Source of the DNA: Octopus bimaculoides
Taxonomy: Eukaryota
Direction of reading: 5' to 3'
Length of the DNA stretch: 64,000 bases
Assembly: GCF_001194135.2 (NCBI RefSeq)
Contig: NC_068999.1
Span: forward strand, 518,151 to 582,150
The notes beneath the pieces are model-generated. The model saw nothing but the letters and a program-made list of their open reading frames with translations. It had not been told where the DNA came from and ran no database searches. The position numbers and the translations under genes are program-made. Below, piece after piece: positions 41,172 to 55,303 of the stretch (position 1 is its first letter; each line of letters opens with the position of its first letter).

Positions 41172-41335
41172 ATGCATGTGTGTATATGTGTGTGGGGGTG
41201 AATATGTGTATGTGAGGATGTATGTGTATGTATATAATCAATACAATATACTGTGCACAAAAGACTGGCAAATCGTGTCGTAATATAATAAAGATGTAAA
41301 AATCAATATTCTCGCGCAATATTGTGTCATTGCAG

Positions 41336-41345
41336 TTCTTTGAAG
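41336..41345 (+). CDS. Candidate 10-nt micro-exon
   Basis: tgtcattgcag|TTCTTTGAAG|gtaagt, with a consensus donor. Phase 2-0 reads SLK and joins in frame to 53835. Confidence 0.2.
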
Positions 41346-42339
41346 GTAAGTCTATTAGTTCTTTGTATTTGGCCAATGATACCATTATCTGCCAAATTGA
41401 AAATTCCTGGTGATTTGACACTTAAACAACGAACATTATCCTTACTAAACGAAATAACGTGTGTGTGTCTGTGTGTGCGTGTTTCGTGCGTATGTGTGTG
41501 TTTGTGTGTGCATGCCGTGCGTATGTGCGATTGCGTGTGTGTTTATCTGTGTGGTTTCGTTTGTTTACATGTATAAGCATACATGGTCTTAATACACACA
41601 CATATAATTATAGAATCGCATATATGTGTATATGTATTTATATATATATATATTTATATATTCATATATATGTATGTTTGTGTGGATATATATGTGTGTT
41701 ATGTATATATTATTTTACATATGTGGGTATAAGTGTATATGCGCTTGCCTGTGTATGTATGCGTATGTATATGTATGTATATTTGTAGTGTACGTATTTA
41801 TCTCTCTCTCTTCCTCTCTCTCTCTCTCTGTTATAGTAGCCATATAGGTACGTCATATTGTATGCAAATATGTACGTGAGTGTGAATGTGTGTGTGTTTG
41901 TGTCAAACCGTTTTTTTTTTCTTAATTGGAAACTGAATGGAAATATTCCTGTACACTGGAAAATTCATGTATAAAATTAATAAAATTATTAAGGTTCACA
42001 TAACGTTCTCTGTTGTAGGGTGGAATGTCTGCATACATAGTCTCACACACAAACACAATTACAGAGAAAGAGAGAGAGGGAGAGAGAGAGGGGGAGAAAT
42101 GGTGAGAGAGAGAGGCAATCCGGCGCACATGCTTTTGTATTTGCAAACTGCACGGATATATCGTTTATTAGAATCTCAATCGTCTTTTGGATTCCCGTTC
42201 GTCAACAAACCTGGATTCGTGGTGTAAAATAGATTCCGTTTGAATCAATAGTGTCGCAATAAATCTAATATAACATGTACTTCTACAAAGTATAACATAA
42301 TATAATATAATGTAATACATGACAAAATATTAGATCATA

Positions 42340-42577
42340 TGAGGGGGTGCTGAAAACTTCTTGGATTTGGGTAAAAGTAAATACAAGAGTATCAGTTAAT
42401 TATGATTATATTCAATATATTCCCCTCTCAGATTCACACAATTGTTGCAGTAGTCCTTCAGTGTTTCTAAGCCTTGCAAAAAATCAAAGCAAAAAAGAAA
42501 AAGACCTCGGAAGGTTGGGCCTCCAGCCAGTCCTTTCGTGATGGCCTTAAAGCCAGGAACATTTGAACGCCTGCACG
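42340..42577. mobile_element. Mariner-family MITE (~238 bp)
   Basis: Left end ta|tgagggggtgctgaaaacttcttggatt. The right end in reverse complement is ta|cgtgcaggcgttcaaatgttcctggcttt. These are imperfect ~30-bp TIRs with TA at both flanks and no ORF. Confidence 0.75.
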
Positions 42578-42734
42578 TATGTGTGTGCATTAAGATTTCG
42601 TTTAGCCATAGGGATACTAATAACTAGTAGTTAGAACTCAGTATACAAAAGCTGGCTCTGCGTCAGTTACGACGACCGAACAAAAGTCTGCTCATTTTTA
42701 AAGGGGGAATCTGAAGCAATGGGAAATGATGTAC

Positions 42735-42815
42735 CTTGCTCAGGGACACAGTAGCTTGTCCGGTCCAGGAATCGAACTTACAAGCTTATGATTGGGAGGA
42801 CAATGCTTCACCTAT
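42735..42815 (-). mobile_element. tRNA-derived SINE head (family 3 type)
   Basis: ccttgctcagggacac..gggaatcgaacttacaagctt is the reverse of a tRNA B-box (GTTCGATTCC). Confidence 0.6.
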
Positions 42816-43381
42816 TGATACTATCACATTGTTATCAAAAGTGGTATAACGTAGTAAATATTGTTAAGTGAAGTAATGTGTCTGTGTGTCTTTGATCAGA
42901 GTAATTTTTTCCTCCTCGATCCTCGGCCGACTTTAGCAATATATTTGAAGTATCATAATATACACTTCGGTTGGATCTGTTGAAATCAGGCACAAAGAAA
43001 TTTGCAGCAATTCCTGATTCCATGTATGTGAATATAACAATGTGTGAAGATAAAAGTAAAAACATTTATAAATATTTCTAAAGACCAAATTCTGCAGATC
43101 TCACGAAGTTCTATAGAAACATTTCTATGAAATTACTCTTATGTAAAGTTCAATAAAAAATTTCGTTTGAAGGTGCTTTTGGTGAAATTATGAATGCAGA
43201 AGTATGTGAAAACTAGTTATTAGTGAACTGGGAGATGTACTAAGAATTTACCCTCTGTATATTCACTGGTTTTACCTTTGATCTTTGTGAGGTCAATGAA
43301 CTAGGTATTAGACAATGTCTTGACTCTTCCTACTTTTGAAGTCTGTTGCCTTGTAATTAATTGTGGCTCAGTCACAATATA

Positions 43382-43429
<48 letters not shown>

Positions 43430-43489
43430 CATTATGGTAGGTATCGTTGTTTTCGTTGCTGTTGTTATCTACATATATATGAATATAGA

Positions 43490-43713
<224 letters not shown>

Positions 43714-44289
43714 AACAGAAATGGTGACGAGCTAGAAGAAAACTTAGAACATCGGACGAAACGGCATTTCTTTCAGCTGTTTATGCTGTAGTTTCAGATC
43801 CCACCGACATCAACTTTGGCTTCCGCACCACCCATGGTCGATCAAATAAACTGCCAGTCAGATACATGTTGCATTCCAGAAGTTGCGAGAGATTTTCTGG
43901 AGAGGAGGTCAGAACTGTCCTACATTCTTGTAATTGTTCTATATCATTGCTATACATCTAATGAGCTGACCAACCAAATTTTATTCGAAATTGATGAAGA
44001 CGGCTGTGACAACCTCTTAAACGCACGCTTCTAAACACTACTTGTCGCTGTCTACTAAACACTGCTTATCAGAGTTCCATCCTTGTAACAGACTACTTGA
44101 TATAGATGGGCATAAAAACGTCTCGTCCCTTTTCCTACAATGCAAACTTCCGCCTTGTAACATTTGATAATTCCGCAAGTTGAAGGCTGTCGTTTCGAAG
44201 ACATTGATAAGATGGAGGTTGTGAGAAGGGTTTGGAGCACCTTCACTTTCCAGGACTTACTTGGGACCTTCCCGTACTAGGTGGGCTTC

Positions 44290-44398
44290 CCCAAAATTTC
44301 CGTTTACTAAATTCATTCAAGTGACATTGGTCGGTCGATACAGGTCTATAGAGAACACGTGACTAAGATGCTCCTCACTAGGACTGAACCTACATATT

Positions 44399-44400
<2 letters not shown>
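44290..44400 (-). mobile_element. Family-1 SINE, 5' half (diverged)
   Basis: tttccgtttactaaattcattcaag..ttggtcgg..ctatagagaacacgtgactaagatgc..ggactgaacc parallels 1650-1750. Confidence 0.65.
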
Positions 44401-44456
<56 letters not shown>

Positions 44457-44932
44457 CAAATAGTCATGTATGTATATGCGTATAGATATATCTCTATGTG
44501 TGCGTGTGTATATGTATGTATATATATATGGATATAAACACAAATATCTATAAACATCACGTGAGCAACAAAAATTTTCATGTTGACGTCCCCCTTTTAA
44601 GGAGGCAACGTTCAATGTTTTTGCGAACACTCCATTACGTCACAAGCTGTTTGTTGATCGATATAATTAATCTTGGATGATGTCTGTCAAATCATCCTTG
44701 CAATTGGGAAGTTGGAATGGTTTATTATGACGAATAGAGAAATAAAGAGAGCAATGAAAATATGGACGCATATCTTTCAGATGTAGATATGCCAGAGGTG
44801 ACAGATATAAGAAGATACTGCATGATAAATAGTTAAGATGAAAAGAGAAATAAATAGATATGAATATGAAAATGGTGGATGAATCGATAAGTGTTATCAC
44901 TCTTTCTCTTTTATCTATCTCTTTATAAATAC

Positions 44933-44969
<37 letters not shown>

Positions 44970-44986
44970 TACATACACACACACAT

Positions 44987-45048
<62 letters not shown>

Positions 45049-45218
45049 ACATACATATTCATAAATACACATGCACACATACACCACACATGTTAATATA
45101 TATGTTTATAAGCACACATATCGATGTATGTACGCATTTTTGTGTGCATATACGAGTAGGTATTTGTGTCTGCCTGTGTCTGGGTATGAATTTCTCAGTT
45201 AATGCGTGTTTCATGAGC

Positions 45219-45265
<47 letters not shown>

Positions 45266-46656
45266 NNNNNNNNNNNNNNNNNNNNNNNNNNNNNNNNNNN
45301 NNNNNNNNNNNNNNNNNNNNNNNNNNNNNNNNNNNNNNNNNNNNNNNNNNNNNNNNNNNNNNNNNNNNNNNNNNNNNNNNNNNNNNNNNNNNNNNNNNNN
45401 NNNNNNNNNNNNNNNNNNNNNNNNNNNNNNNNNNNNNNNNNNNNNNNNNNNNNNNNNNNNNNNNNNNNNNNNNNNNNNNNNNNNNNNNNNNNNNNNNNNN
45501 NNNNNNNNNNNNNNNNNNNNNNNNNNNNNNNNNNNNNNNNNNNNNNNNNNNNNNNNNNNNNNNNNNNNNNNNNNNNNNNNNNNNNNNNNNNNNNNNNNNN
45601 NNNNNNNNNNNNNNNNNNNNNNNNNNNNNNNNNNNNNNNNNNNNNNNNNNNNNNNNNNNNNNNNNNNNNNNNNNNNNNNNNNNNNNNNNNNNNNNNNNNN
45701 NNNNNNNNNNNNNNNNNNNNNNNNNNNNNNNNNNNNNNNNNNNNNNNNNNNNNNNNNNNNNNNNNNNNNNNNNNNNNNNNNNNNNNNNNNNNNNNNNNNN
45801 NNNNNNNNNNNNNNNNNNNNNNNNNNNNNNNNNNNNNNNNNNNNNNNNNNNNNNNNNNNNNNNNNNNNNNNNNNNNNNNNNNNNNNNNNNNNNNNNNNNN
45901 NNNNNNNNNNNNNNNNNNNNNNNNNNNNNNNNNNNNNNNNNNNNNNNNNNNNNNNNNNNNNNNNNNNNNNNNNNNNNNNNNNNNNNNNNNNNNNNNNNNN
46001 NNNNNNNNNNNNNNNNNNNNNNNNNNNNNNNNNNNNNNNNNNNNNNNNNNNNNNNNNNNNNNNNNNNNNNNNNNNNNNNNNNNNNNNNNNNNNNNNNNNN
46101 NNNNNNNNNNNNNNNNNNNNNNNNNNNNNNNNNNNNNNNNNNNNNNNNNNNNNNNNNNNNNNNNNNNNNNNNNNNNNNNNNNNNNNNNNNNNNNNNNNNN
46201 NNNNNNNNNNNNNNNNNNNNNNNNNNNNNNNNNNNNNNNNNNNTGCCTGGACACATTGAGTGCCTGTGTATGCACATATATATGTGTGTGTGTGAACGTG
46301 TGTGCTTGCGTGTATGAATACGTATGCATGTATGCGTGATAGTAGTATGAACACTAAATATGCGATGAGTTTAATATCGATGAGTCATTTCTAAAATGAC
46401 TGCAAAGTATTCCGAGATTGGTAAGTCTGAAAAACGGCAATTTGATTTTGGCAAGACCACTTATACTTACATATATACATACATAAATACATACATGAAT
46501 ACACACGCATGCATATACACATTCATATATACATATTTATGCGCATATATGTATATACATATGTGTGTGTGTGTGTGTGTGTGTACCATAGTAAATTAGA
46601 AGTACAAACACACACACACATATATATAATATATAAATATATATACAGAGAATGTG

Positions 46657-46700
<44 letters not shown>

Positions 46701-47019
46701 AAGGAGTGAATACTATATAGTTAACATGTGAGATGTAAAGATGCTTAATATAGAAAAGTGTAGCACACCAATGATTGAAACTTCCATTCTGGAATCTTTA
46801 CCGAGGACTTAGTTGATTGGATAAAAAAATATACATACAGAAGATAAGCATGTAAACAGAGAAAGACAAAACGGGAGATATTCAAACGAGCAACATTCGT
46901 GTATAAATTTTCAGATATTTACATATTAACGAAGCAGACTTACATTGAGTACAATGACACAGAGAACTAAGGGGGAAATGTGCGGTATCTCATGTCCGAC
47001 AGCTGTTTCTAGGGAAACG

Positions 47020-47550
47020 GAATTACGCAGTAGTATTTTCGGATGCAGTTCTCAAAAGGCTGCACAAAGATTATGCCAATGCAACGTGTTGGCTACTAGG
47101 GTAGGCTAAAAAGGTGAGACTCTCTTCCCTGGAACGAATGCTGGTAAGATATGCAGCGACATACACCTGGAACATCATGGAAGAACTTACACCAAACTTT
47201 GGCATTGAAATTTTTCTCAAACAAACCGAGGCGCCAGTACCAAAGATACCAATATAGCCATCTGATACAAGACCAGATGCTGCAACAGCTTGGGATTCAG
47301 TGGCCCACAGCTTTACAATATTCACCCCGCCAAAGCCTGAGAGACCTCCATAATGTGGATTTAAGTGTCTGCAAAACAAAACTGAAAATTATCCTGACAG
47401 GGATTCCGGATGAGCCTACCACACGGCATGAAATGCAGATGACGGTAGCAGCAGCCAAAGTCAGACGAGGTTTCAAGTAGTGAAGGTGTAGTAAAGCCAA
47501 CGGTGGTGCCCCAGCATGGCATGGCCACAGCTCTCCAGCTGAGACTAGTT
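47020..47550 (+). mobile_element. CR1/L2-group LINE 3' fragment with terminal stem-loop
   Basis: Frameshifted translation reads RLSSLERMLVRYAATYTWNIMEELTPNFGIE...CCNSLGFSGPQLYNI...SLRDLHNVDLSVCKTKLKIILTGIPDEPT, similar to the YSLERRRERY..IY.WKI.EGL.PN / F.TKLD..L..IPDEP pattern. The 3' end is ggtgccccagcatggc..CAGCT-CTCC-AGCTG. Confidence 0.75.
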
Positions 47551-47771
47551 ACAGAATTTAAGAATTATAATGTGTGTGTGAATGTGTATGTGTGTGTGTG
47601 ATGCAAATGTAAACATAGACAAATGGACAGATAAATAAACAGATATATAGATATAGATTTCCATATTTGTACAGATATACCAGAGTGCATAAGTACTTAA
47701 ACATGCAGCGCATATTGTGTGAGTTTTAAGACATGTATATGTGCCTGTCTTTGAGAGAGATGTGGAGAGCG

Positions 47772-47870
<99 letters not shown>

Positions 47871-48569
47871 AACAGAAAATCTATTCCCTAAACGCAAACA
47901 TATACACATTCTATACCACAAAGTGCATTTTATTCGATCGCGTCGGTATATGTTTCGTGAGGCGTTGAGAATTTACTGTCAGAAATAAAATTATATATAC
48001 ATACGTACACATATATGTGAAATAGGAGTATATATGTGAGTATATACATATATATATATATNNNNNNNNNNNNNNNNNNNNNNNNNNNNNNNNNNNNNNN
48101 NNNNNNNNNNNNNNNNNNNNNNNNNNNNNNNNNNNNNNNNNNNNNNNNNNNNNNNNNNNNNNNNNNNNNNNNNNNNNNNNNNNNNNNNNNNNNNNNNNNN
48201 NNNNNNNNNNNNNNNNNNNNNNNNNNNNNNNNNNNNNNNNNNNNNNNNNNNNNNNNNNNNNNNNNNNNNNNNNNNNNNNNNNNNNNNNNNNNNNNNNNNN
48301 NNNNNNNNNNNNNNNNNNNNNNNNNNNNNNNNNNNNNNNNNNNNNNNNNNNNNNNNNNNNNNNNNNNNNNNNNNNNNNNNNNNNNNNNNNNNNNNNNNNN
48401 NNNNNNNNNNNNNNNNNNNNNNNNNNNNNNNNNNNNNNNNNNNNNNNNNNNNNNNNNNNNNNNNNNNNNNNNNNNNNNNNNNNNNNNNNNNNNNNNNNNN
48501 NNNNNNNNNNNNNNNNNNNNNNNNNNNNNNNNNNNTATATATAGATAGATAGATAGATAGATAGAAAAA

Positions 48570-48650
48570 TGATCGATGCTAGATGTGTCGAAAAAATTGT
48601 CGTGATTAATAAAAATTCTCGCAAAGTCCATCTTCTGTGTTTCACTTACC
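48570..48650 (+). mobile_element. Penelope-type terminal-repeat end (second copy of the 23010 family)
   Basis: gctagatgtgtcgaaaaaattgtcgtgattAATAAAaattctcg..ccatcttc matches 23028-23085 and ends at a CA/TA tract. Confidence 0.5.
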
Positions 48651-49588
48651 ATACACACACACATACACACATATATATATGTACACACAGAACATGTATA
48701 TCAATATATATAAAATATTTATGCATACGCTTCAAACCCCCTCTCTCTTTGTCTGTGTGTGTGTTTATGAAGATATATATATATATATAAATTAATTCGC
48801 TTTGCCTCTTGGTATATATATATACGTATATACATCTTCTGATAGATCGATGCAACTAAAATACTAATAATATTACTACCATCACAACTACTAATAATAA
48901 ATGGCAACCAATCAGAATTTATAATTTTAATAAAAAAAATGAATTCCAGGATATTTTGGTGAAGAATGTTTTTTCTTTTAAATAAATCACTATGAAGTTA
49001 ACAGATGATCAATCAAAATAAACTCTTAAATTCCTGTATATTGATTAGTTGAAATGGTTGATCGATTTTGAGAAATTTTAATATTTCCATTGTGGTGTTT
49101 TGTTTTTGTTGTTTTATGTGTGATTGTTTCAGCTGAGTGATTGCCAATGTCATTGGTATCGTTCAATAAACAATAATACTTCCTCTGAATTTTAATGTAG
49201 ACAAGGATTCGGATAATTAAAAAAAAAAAAAAAATAATAGTGAAACAAAACGCGCAAACATTTACAAACACAGAGACTCCCATATATATATATATATATA
49301 TATATATANNNNNNNNNNNNNNNNNNNNNNNNNNNNNNNNNNNNNNNNNNNNNNNNNNNNNNNNNNNNNNNNNNNNNNNNNNNNNNNNNNNNNNNNNNNN
49401 NNNNNNNNNNNNNNNNNNNNNNNNNNNNNNNNNNNNNNNNNNNNNNNNNNNNNNNNNNNNNNNNNNNNNNNNNNNNNNNNNNNNNNNNNNNNNNNNNNNN
49501 NNNNNNNNNNNNNNNNNNNNNNNNNNNNNNNNNNNNNNNNNNNNNNNNNNNNNNNNNNNNNNNNNNNNNNNNNNNNNNNNNNNNNNNN

Positions 49589-49623
<35 letters not shown>

Positions 49624-51424
49624 CACAAACATGCATACATACGTACGTACGTACACACATACAATCATACATATATGCATGCATACACTGGCATACAAAC
49701 GTACATATAAGGATGTATAAATACATACAAGCATACATATATAGACGTATACTTACATACATGCATACATACATACATACGTACCTACAAAAATGCATGC
49801 ATATATATAGAAAAATAAGTGACCGACTCTGCTATTAGGATCAATTGAAGAGACACTGCGTTTCCGCCCGAATAATTATAAACAGTAAAGGAACAGAAAA
49901 ATCTATAGAGAAGATAAATTTCCTTTTTATCTTCCAACAAGATTCCATCTGTACAATCGCCATGTTACATTCATATTTGATTATGGTCGACCATCATTTT
50001 ATATTTCGTTATTCATCGCTCATTTTATGTGACAAATATTTTCCCTGGACAAGATGAGAAAGAGAGGAACGAAAGGAAGTGTCTTGTAGGTACTCCTCAC
50101 TTTTCTCTCCATATACATAAGTGCACATTCATATAATCCATACATATGTCCGTGCCCATGTGTATATATATATATGATGTTATTTGACGTTGTTGAAGGG
50201 CTGGTCACTTTGTGCCCAGAAGGTCTTTGACCTCCTAAGGCAATAAAAGCTGGAGACGAAATTCTTTCTGTGCAAGAGACAAGACGTGCGTGTGTGCGTA
50301 TATGTATGTGTGTGTATCTATCTACATACAGAAGGAAAGAAAAAAGATATACCGTTAGTTTTTTTTATGTGTTGTATTTTAGAATTATCAGAGCAGGCTC
50401 TGCTGTTATGATCCGAAAATACGACAACAGGCTGTTAGGAAGTCCGTTTGAATTTTGCAGATAATAAAGGTGCGTAGATTATGAATTTTGATTGAAGAGA
50501 TGAGGCCTCGAAACAAAGAGTTGCAGGGGGAAAGGGGTTCTAAAAGTCATGTGACGGCCCTGACCATCCTCCTGGTACCCGTCACTCTCACCAACACGAA
50601 CGTCACCAGTCTCCATCTTTATCCTAAAATTTAAAAATTATAGAGAGGAAACACGAATACTCAGATGCTGACACATCTGTCATCTAATGTTCATCATTCT
50701 CCCCTTTCTCCCTCTCTCCCACCTCTCTCTGCTTTCTTTCTCTCTCTCCTTCTCCTTTTTCTCTCACTTTTTTTGCTCTTTTCGATTCCCCTCCCCGTTT
50801 CCCTCTCATATTATTGACAGCATCGATCTCTCCACTCTCTCTCTATTTTTCCTTTCCGTTCTCCCTCTCTCTTTCTCTCTCTCTCATAAGCCAACACATA
50901 TCCCATCCCTTTCTAACTTAACCTCACACTATTACTCCTGGCAATACATCTACTTCATCGCCCACTTCTTCTGTCGCTGTTCCGAGCCTCGAAGATGGAC
51001 GAATTTAGAAATATTGATAATGACGTGTTAAGCGTATATTTAGATCACCACGCATGCCAGCCGGCCAGCCAGCCAGCCAGCCAGCCGGCCAGCCAGCCAG
51101 CCNNNNNNNNNNNNNNNNNNNNNNNNNNNNNNNNNNNNNNNNNNNNNNNNNNNNNNNNNNNNNNNNNNNNNNNNNNNNNNNNNNNNNNNNNNNNNNNNNN
51201 NNNNNNNNNNNNNNNNNNNNNNNNNNNNNNNNNNNNNNNNNNNNNNAGTTCACGTGGTTCGTTTGGATTCTTGCTTAACTGGCTGGTCACGTGTAACAGG
51301 TCAAATGTACTTTAAAAAGCGCGTTCTTGAGCGGGGTGCCTCTGTGTATTTGTGTGTGTTTGTGTGTGTATTTATGAGTGTGCACATGTGGTGTGTAGAG
51401 AAAGAGATAATAAATTTTGTTGTT

Positions 51425-51630
51425 GTATTCCTTTAATTTGTTTCAGCCAATGGCCTTCGGCTCTGCTGGGGTATCCCATTGGAGAATATTTGTTTCGTTT
51501 GTTAGTCGAATAAATCGACTTAAATGCTTATTTCGAATCGGTTACGTATTCTATCGGTTCCATTTTAACGAACGGGTCGGTCACAGAGACGTAAACAACG
51601 TAGACCAGTTGTGAATAAGCGATGGACAAA
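51425..51630 (-). mobile_element. Family-1 SINE, 3' half (diverged)
   Basis: gtttcagcc..gctgggg..gtcgaataaatcgac..attctatcggt..gacgtaaacaacgtagaccagttgtg..ggacaaac. Confidence 0.6.
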
Positions 51631-52164
51631 CATACGCACGCACACACGCACACACGCGCACACACACACACACACACACGTACACACAAACTCACACACA
51701 TACACATATTAGGATTTTTACGCTGCACAGACCCTGAAAAGCAGTGTCCGGTCGTATTTGTATATTACTCTTCCTACCACTGAGGGCAGCAGCAAGAATT
51801 TCAACTTAATCTGTGACCATGACACCTATCTCTAGTGGTGGACATTAAGAAAGGAAAAGGATATCGTGCAACTTAAATAAAAATGCTCTTATCAGTGACT
51901 TGTCTGGCGAATGGTCTTGCGAATGGATTCTGTTCACAGGAACTGCGTGGAAGCCAGCCATATGTAATTTATGAGAGTATCAATAGATATGTGTTCTGCA
52001 GGACAAACCGATGTAATAAGTACAAGAGTTAAAACAACAGGTGGACTTATTTTGTTGATTAAACTCTTTAATGCGGTCGGCCGCCATCCAATGACTGGAG
52101 AGATAAATAATGACTGGTGTCAAATTCATTGAGCGCAGAATGCAAAGAGATAATCAAAGACACT

Positions 52165-52197
<33 letters not shown>

Positions 52198-52519
52198 AGA
52201 AAGAGAGAGAAAGAAAGAAAGAGAGAGAAAGAAAGAAAGAGAGAGAAAGAAAGAGAGAGAAAGAAATGGTAGTTAATTGTAATAGGCGGTTGATATTTGG
52301 GAAATCGTTGCATCAAAATATAACATATTCAATAACTACAGCTCGACAGAAGTTCTGTTAATCAAATGTAGCCGAAGGATTGTTCTTTGAACCATATCTT
52401 TCAATGTGAGCTTCTGGCTTTAGAAATTTCATGTAGACCAACGAATATCGGTATATTAATGGCTGACTTTTTAATTTCTCTCCGAAACGACATCATCTCG
52501 ATTTCAGTCTGACAGTGAA

Positions 52520-52612
52520 GCTCCTTAGCCAAGTGTTTTCCGCTTTGGTCTCAACTCAACGACTGCCTTCTGCATATGACTGGCAGATGGAGACTGAGCG
52601 GAGGCTCGTCGT
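52520..52612 (+). mobile_element. Family-1 SINE, 5' half (diverged)
   Basis: ccttagccaagtgttttcc..ggcagatggagactgagcggaggctcgtcgtatac. Confidence 0.5.
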
Positions 52613-52814
52613 ATACACACATATGTTCATATATAATTTCTTAATTACATTCAATCAGTTGAAAGTTCCTCAAAGGCTAAGAATTCCTTGAGCTTCATTT
52701 ATCGAGCTTCTATTGATTGGTTCTACGAAAATGTTGAGTCACTTTTGTAATTTTCTACCAGCTAAAAATATCAAAAGAAAATTTCAGTCAATTTTTGCTG
52801 ACTTCCGTGTGTGA

Positions 52815-52945
52815 TAGCTACTTTATCTTATCGACTCTGGATGGCTGAAAAACAAAGTTAGCTTGTGTGGCATTTGAAGTCTGAACGGAAAGAGCCAGAG
52901 AAAATATCGCAAGGCATTTTGTCCAATGCTCCAACGATTCACCCC
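52815..52945 (-). mobile_element. Family-2 SINE
   Basis: ttatcgactctggatggctgaaaaacaaagttagc..ggcatttgaagtctgaacg..aaggcattttgtccaatgctccaacgattc is the reverse complement of the 31618-31760 pattern. Confidence 0.7.
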
Positions 52946-53631
52946 GCTTGCTAACTTCTAAATTCATCATATATAATAATGACATAGATTGTATGAAGTG
53001 ATGAATTGTGAAGTTCCGTTGAATAACTCTTCTTGGGCCAATTATGTTAGTTATTAGCATCAGTATGAGATCTGTTCATTTTCATCAAAGTCGTGTAAAC
53101 TTGGCAGTGATCAAGCAAGTCTGCTCTAATGACGCCCCTTGAATTAAATCAATTAAAAGAAGAGAAATTAATGACAACTTATCAATACAAATGATAGTAA
53201 TTAGATTCATTAGTTGTTATTTTTGTTCCAAGCTGGTTCTTGCTCGAGTAGACTTATGATCGAAAACATCTCATTTGTGTCCTTGCTGAGGAATTAATGT
53301 GCTTTTTTTAAAATTTTTCATTAGATTCTTCATTTGGGACCACATTATCCAATATGAACGATTTTATAAGAGAGCTTATATTATGATGGTGGTTTATTAC
53401 TATAACAAGCCAGCCAAATGACGACGTAGGCGTTGATCCATTGATTTGTGGCTTTTCATGATAGGGAATCTTTTATTTCTTACTTGTTTTAGTCATCAGA
53501 CTATGGCGATTCTGGGGTAGAAGCTTGAAGAATTTTGGTCGGGCGTGTCGACCCCAATACATCTTTCGTTGAAGACGAACTGGTTGTTAAGCGGTGATCG
53601 GGGACAAACACACACAGCAACGCACACACGG

Positions 53632-53735
<104 letters not shown>

Positions 53736-53834
53736 ACACGCACAAACACAGAGTGGTAGTCTTGTTAGTAATAATTTCGTCGCGATAAAAATACAACAGG
53801 TACACAATAATTAATATTATCTTAGTAATTTCAG

Positions 53835-53871
53835 CAAATAGCGGAGGCAATCCAGAACATTTACCAAGATG
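53835..53871 (+). CDS. Candidate coding exon (37 nt)
   Basis: Acceptor taatttcag| and donor ATG|GTAAGC. In phase 0-1 it reads QIAEAIQNIYQD and joins in frame to 62628 (G+AA = Glu). Confidence 0.4.
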
Positions 53872-54615
53872 GTAAGCATATATTTAAGTACAAGTTAACA
53901 AATTTTGATGAGAGTCCCTAAGTACATGTACAACACTGTAAAGGATTCGGCGCCAAACTTAGCCTGCTTGACAAGATTTACTGAGAAATTATCAGAATAA
54001 AAGATAAAAAATGCATGTTTAGTTGCTGATGACATATATAATAGCGAAAAACCTAAGTAGAATAAGAAAAAAATATTGTTAGGAAAATAGAACACATTAG
54101 TTGTGTATGATACATAAACACACACGAACGCACGCACACATATACATATAAACACAAACCAATGATTTTCTGTCTTTTACTCTACAAAAATATCGTGTGA
54201 ACGATCAGATTAATGTAAAATTGCTCCTATTATAAGAACATAAAAACAATCATCAATATCTGTGCTTGAGTGTGTTTGTCTCTGTGTGTGTGTGTGTGTG
54301 TGTGCGTATATATATATATATATATGGAGAGAGAGAGAGAGAGAGAGAGATAGATAGATAGATAGATATACGTTTCTCTCTTTGGGCGTGTGCGTACGTC
54401 GGTGTTTGTATATAATATACGCACACAGAGGCAAAAGCGCACTCAGGTGTATATCACTCTACGTATCAATGAATCAATGAATCAATGAATCAATCAATCA
54501 GTCTATGTATATATGTATATATGTATGTATGTATCAATCTATCTATCTATCTATTTCTTTCTATCTATCTATCTATGTGCAGCTTTGTCTTTCTCTCTCT
54601 TCTCTCTCTCTCTCT

Positions 54616-54653
<38 letters not shown>

Positions 54654-55239
54654 TCTCTATCTCTCTCTCTTCTCTCTCTCTCTCTCTCTTCTCCCTTCTC
54701 TCTCTATCTCTCTTCTCTCTCTCTCTCTCTCTTCTCTCTCTATGTAACCACAGTCTATTTATAACTGCGAGTAACCTGTGGAAGAGTGCCAGAACGTCTT
54801 CGTTTGTGTGTTTGGGTGTGTTGTGTGTCTGTGTGTGTGCGCGCGTGCGTGTGAATGTGTGTTTGTGCAGCGTTTGTTAGCGATAATACACAGGAGAACA
54901 TGAATAGCGAAACACAGCTACTACTGTCTATTGTGAAGCCATAATCTCCAATTGTTTAGCTCTATACGATGGGATAAAAATACACCATCATTCAATAAAT
55001 GCTCTTTCCTGTTCCAGCCTATCTCTGCGCCCATCTTTTATGTGGTCCTGACTATTTTTGTCTCTCACACAAATGTCGCTATATACACAATATAATGCTT
55101 TGAAACACATTTACATATTGTGTATTGATATAGAACGCTACAGGAAGCATCTGTATTCTTATATTAAAATATGTATATCTATCTATATATAGCTAACAAC
55201 CATCTACTTGTGTATCATTCAATCACCAATGTGTGTGTG

Positions 55240-55303
<64 letters not shown>

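Noticed and set aside
43718-43773. gaaatg..GTGACGA..GAAAc..catttc hammerhead-like string
   Set aside because: The first core base is wrong, there is no stem II, and there is no room for stem III.
46360-46418. Strong donor TTG|GTAAGT with frame DEFNIDESFLKMTAKYSEI
   Set aside because: No credible acceptor lies downstream of the in-frame stop.
50383-50469. 87-nt segment with good acceptor and donor
   Set aside because: Stops occur in all three frames.
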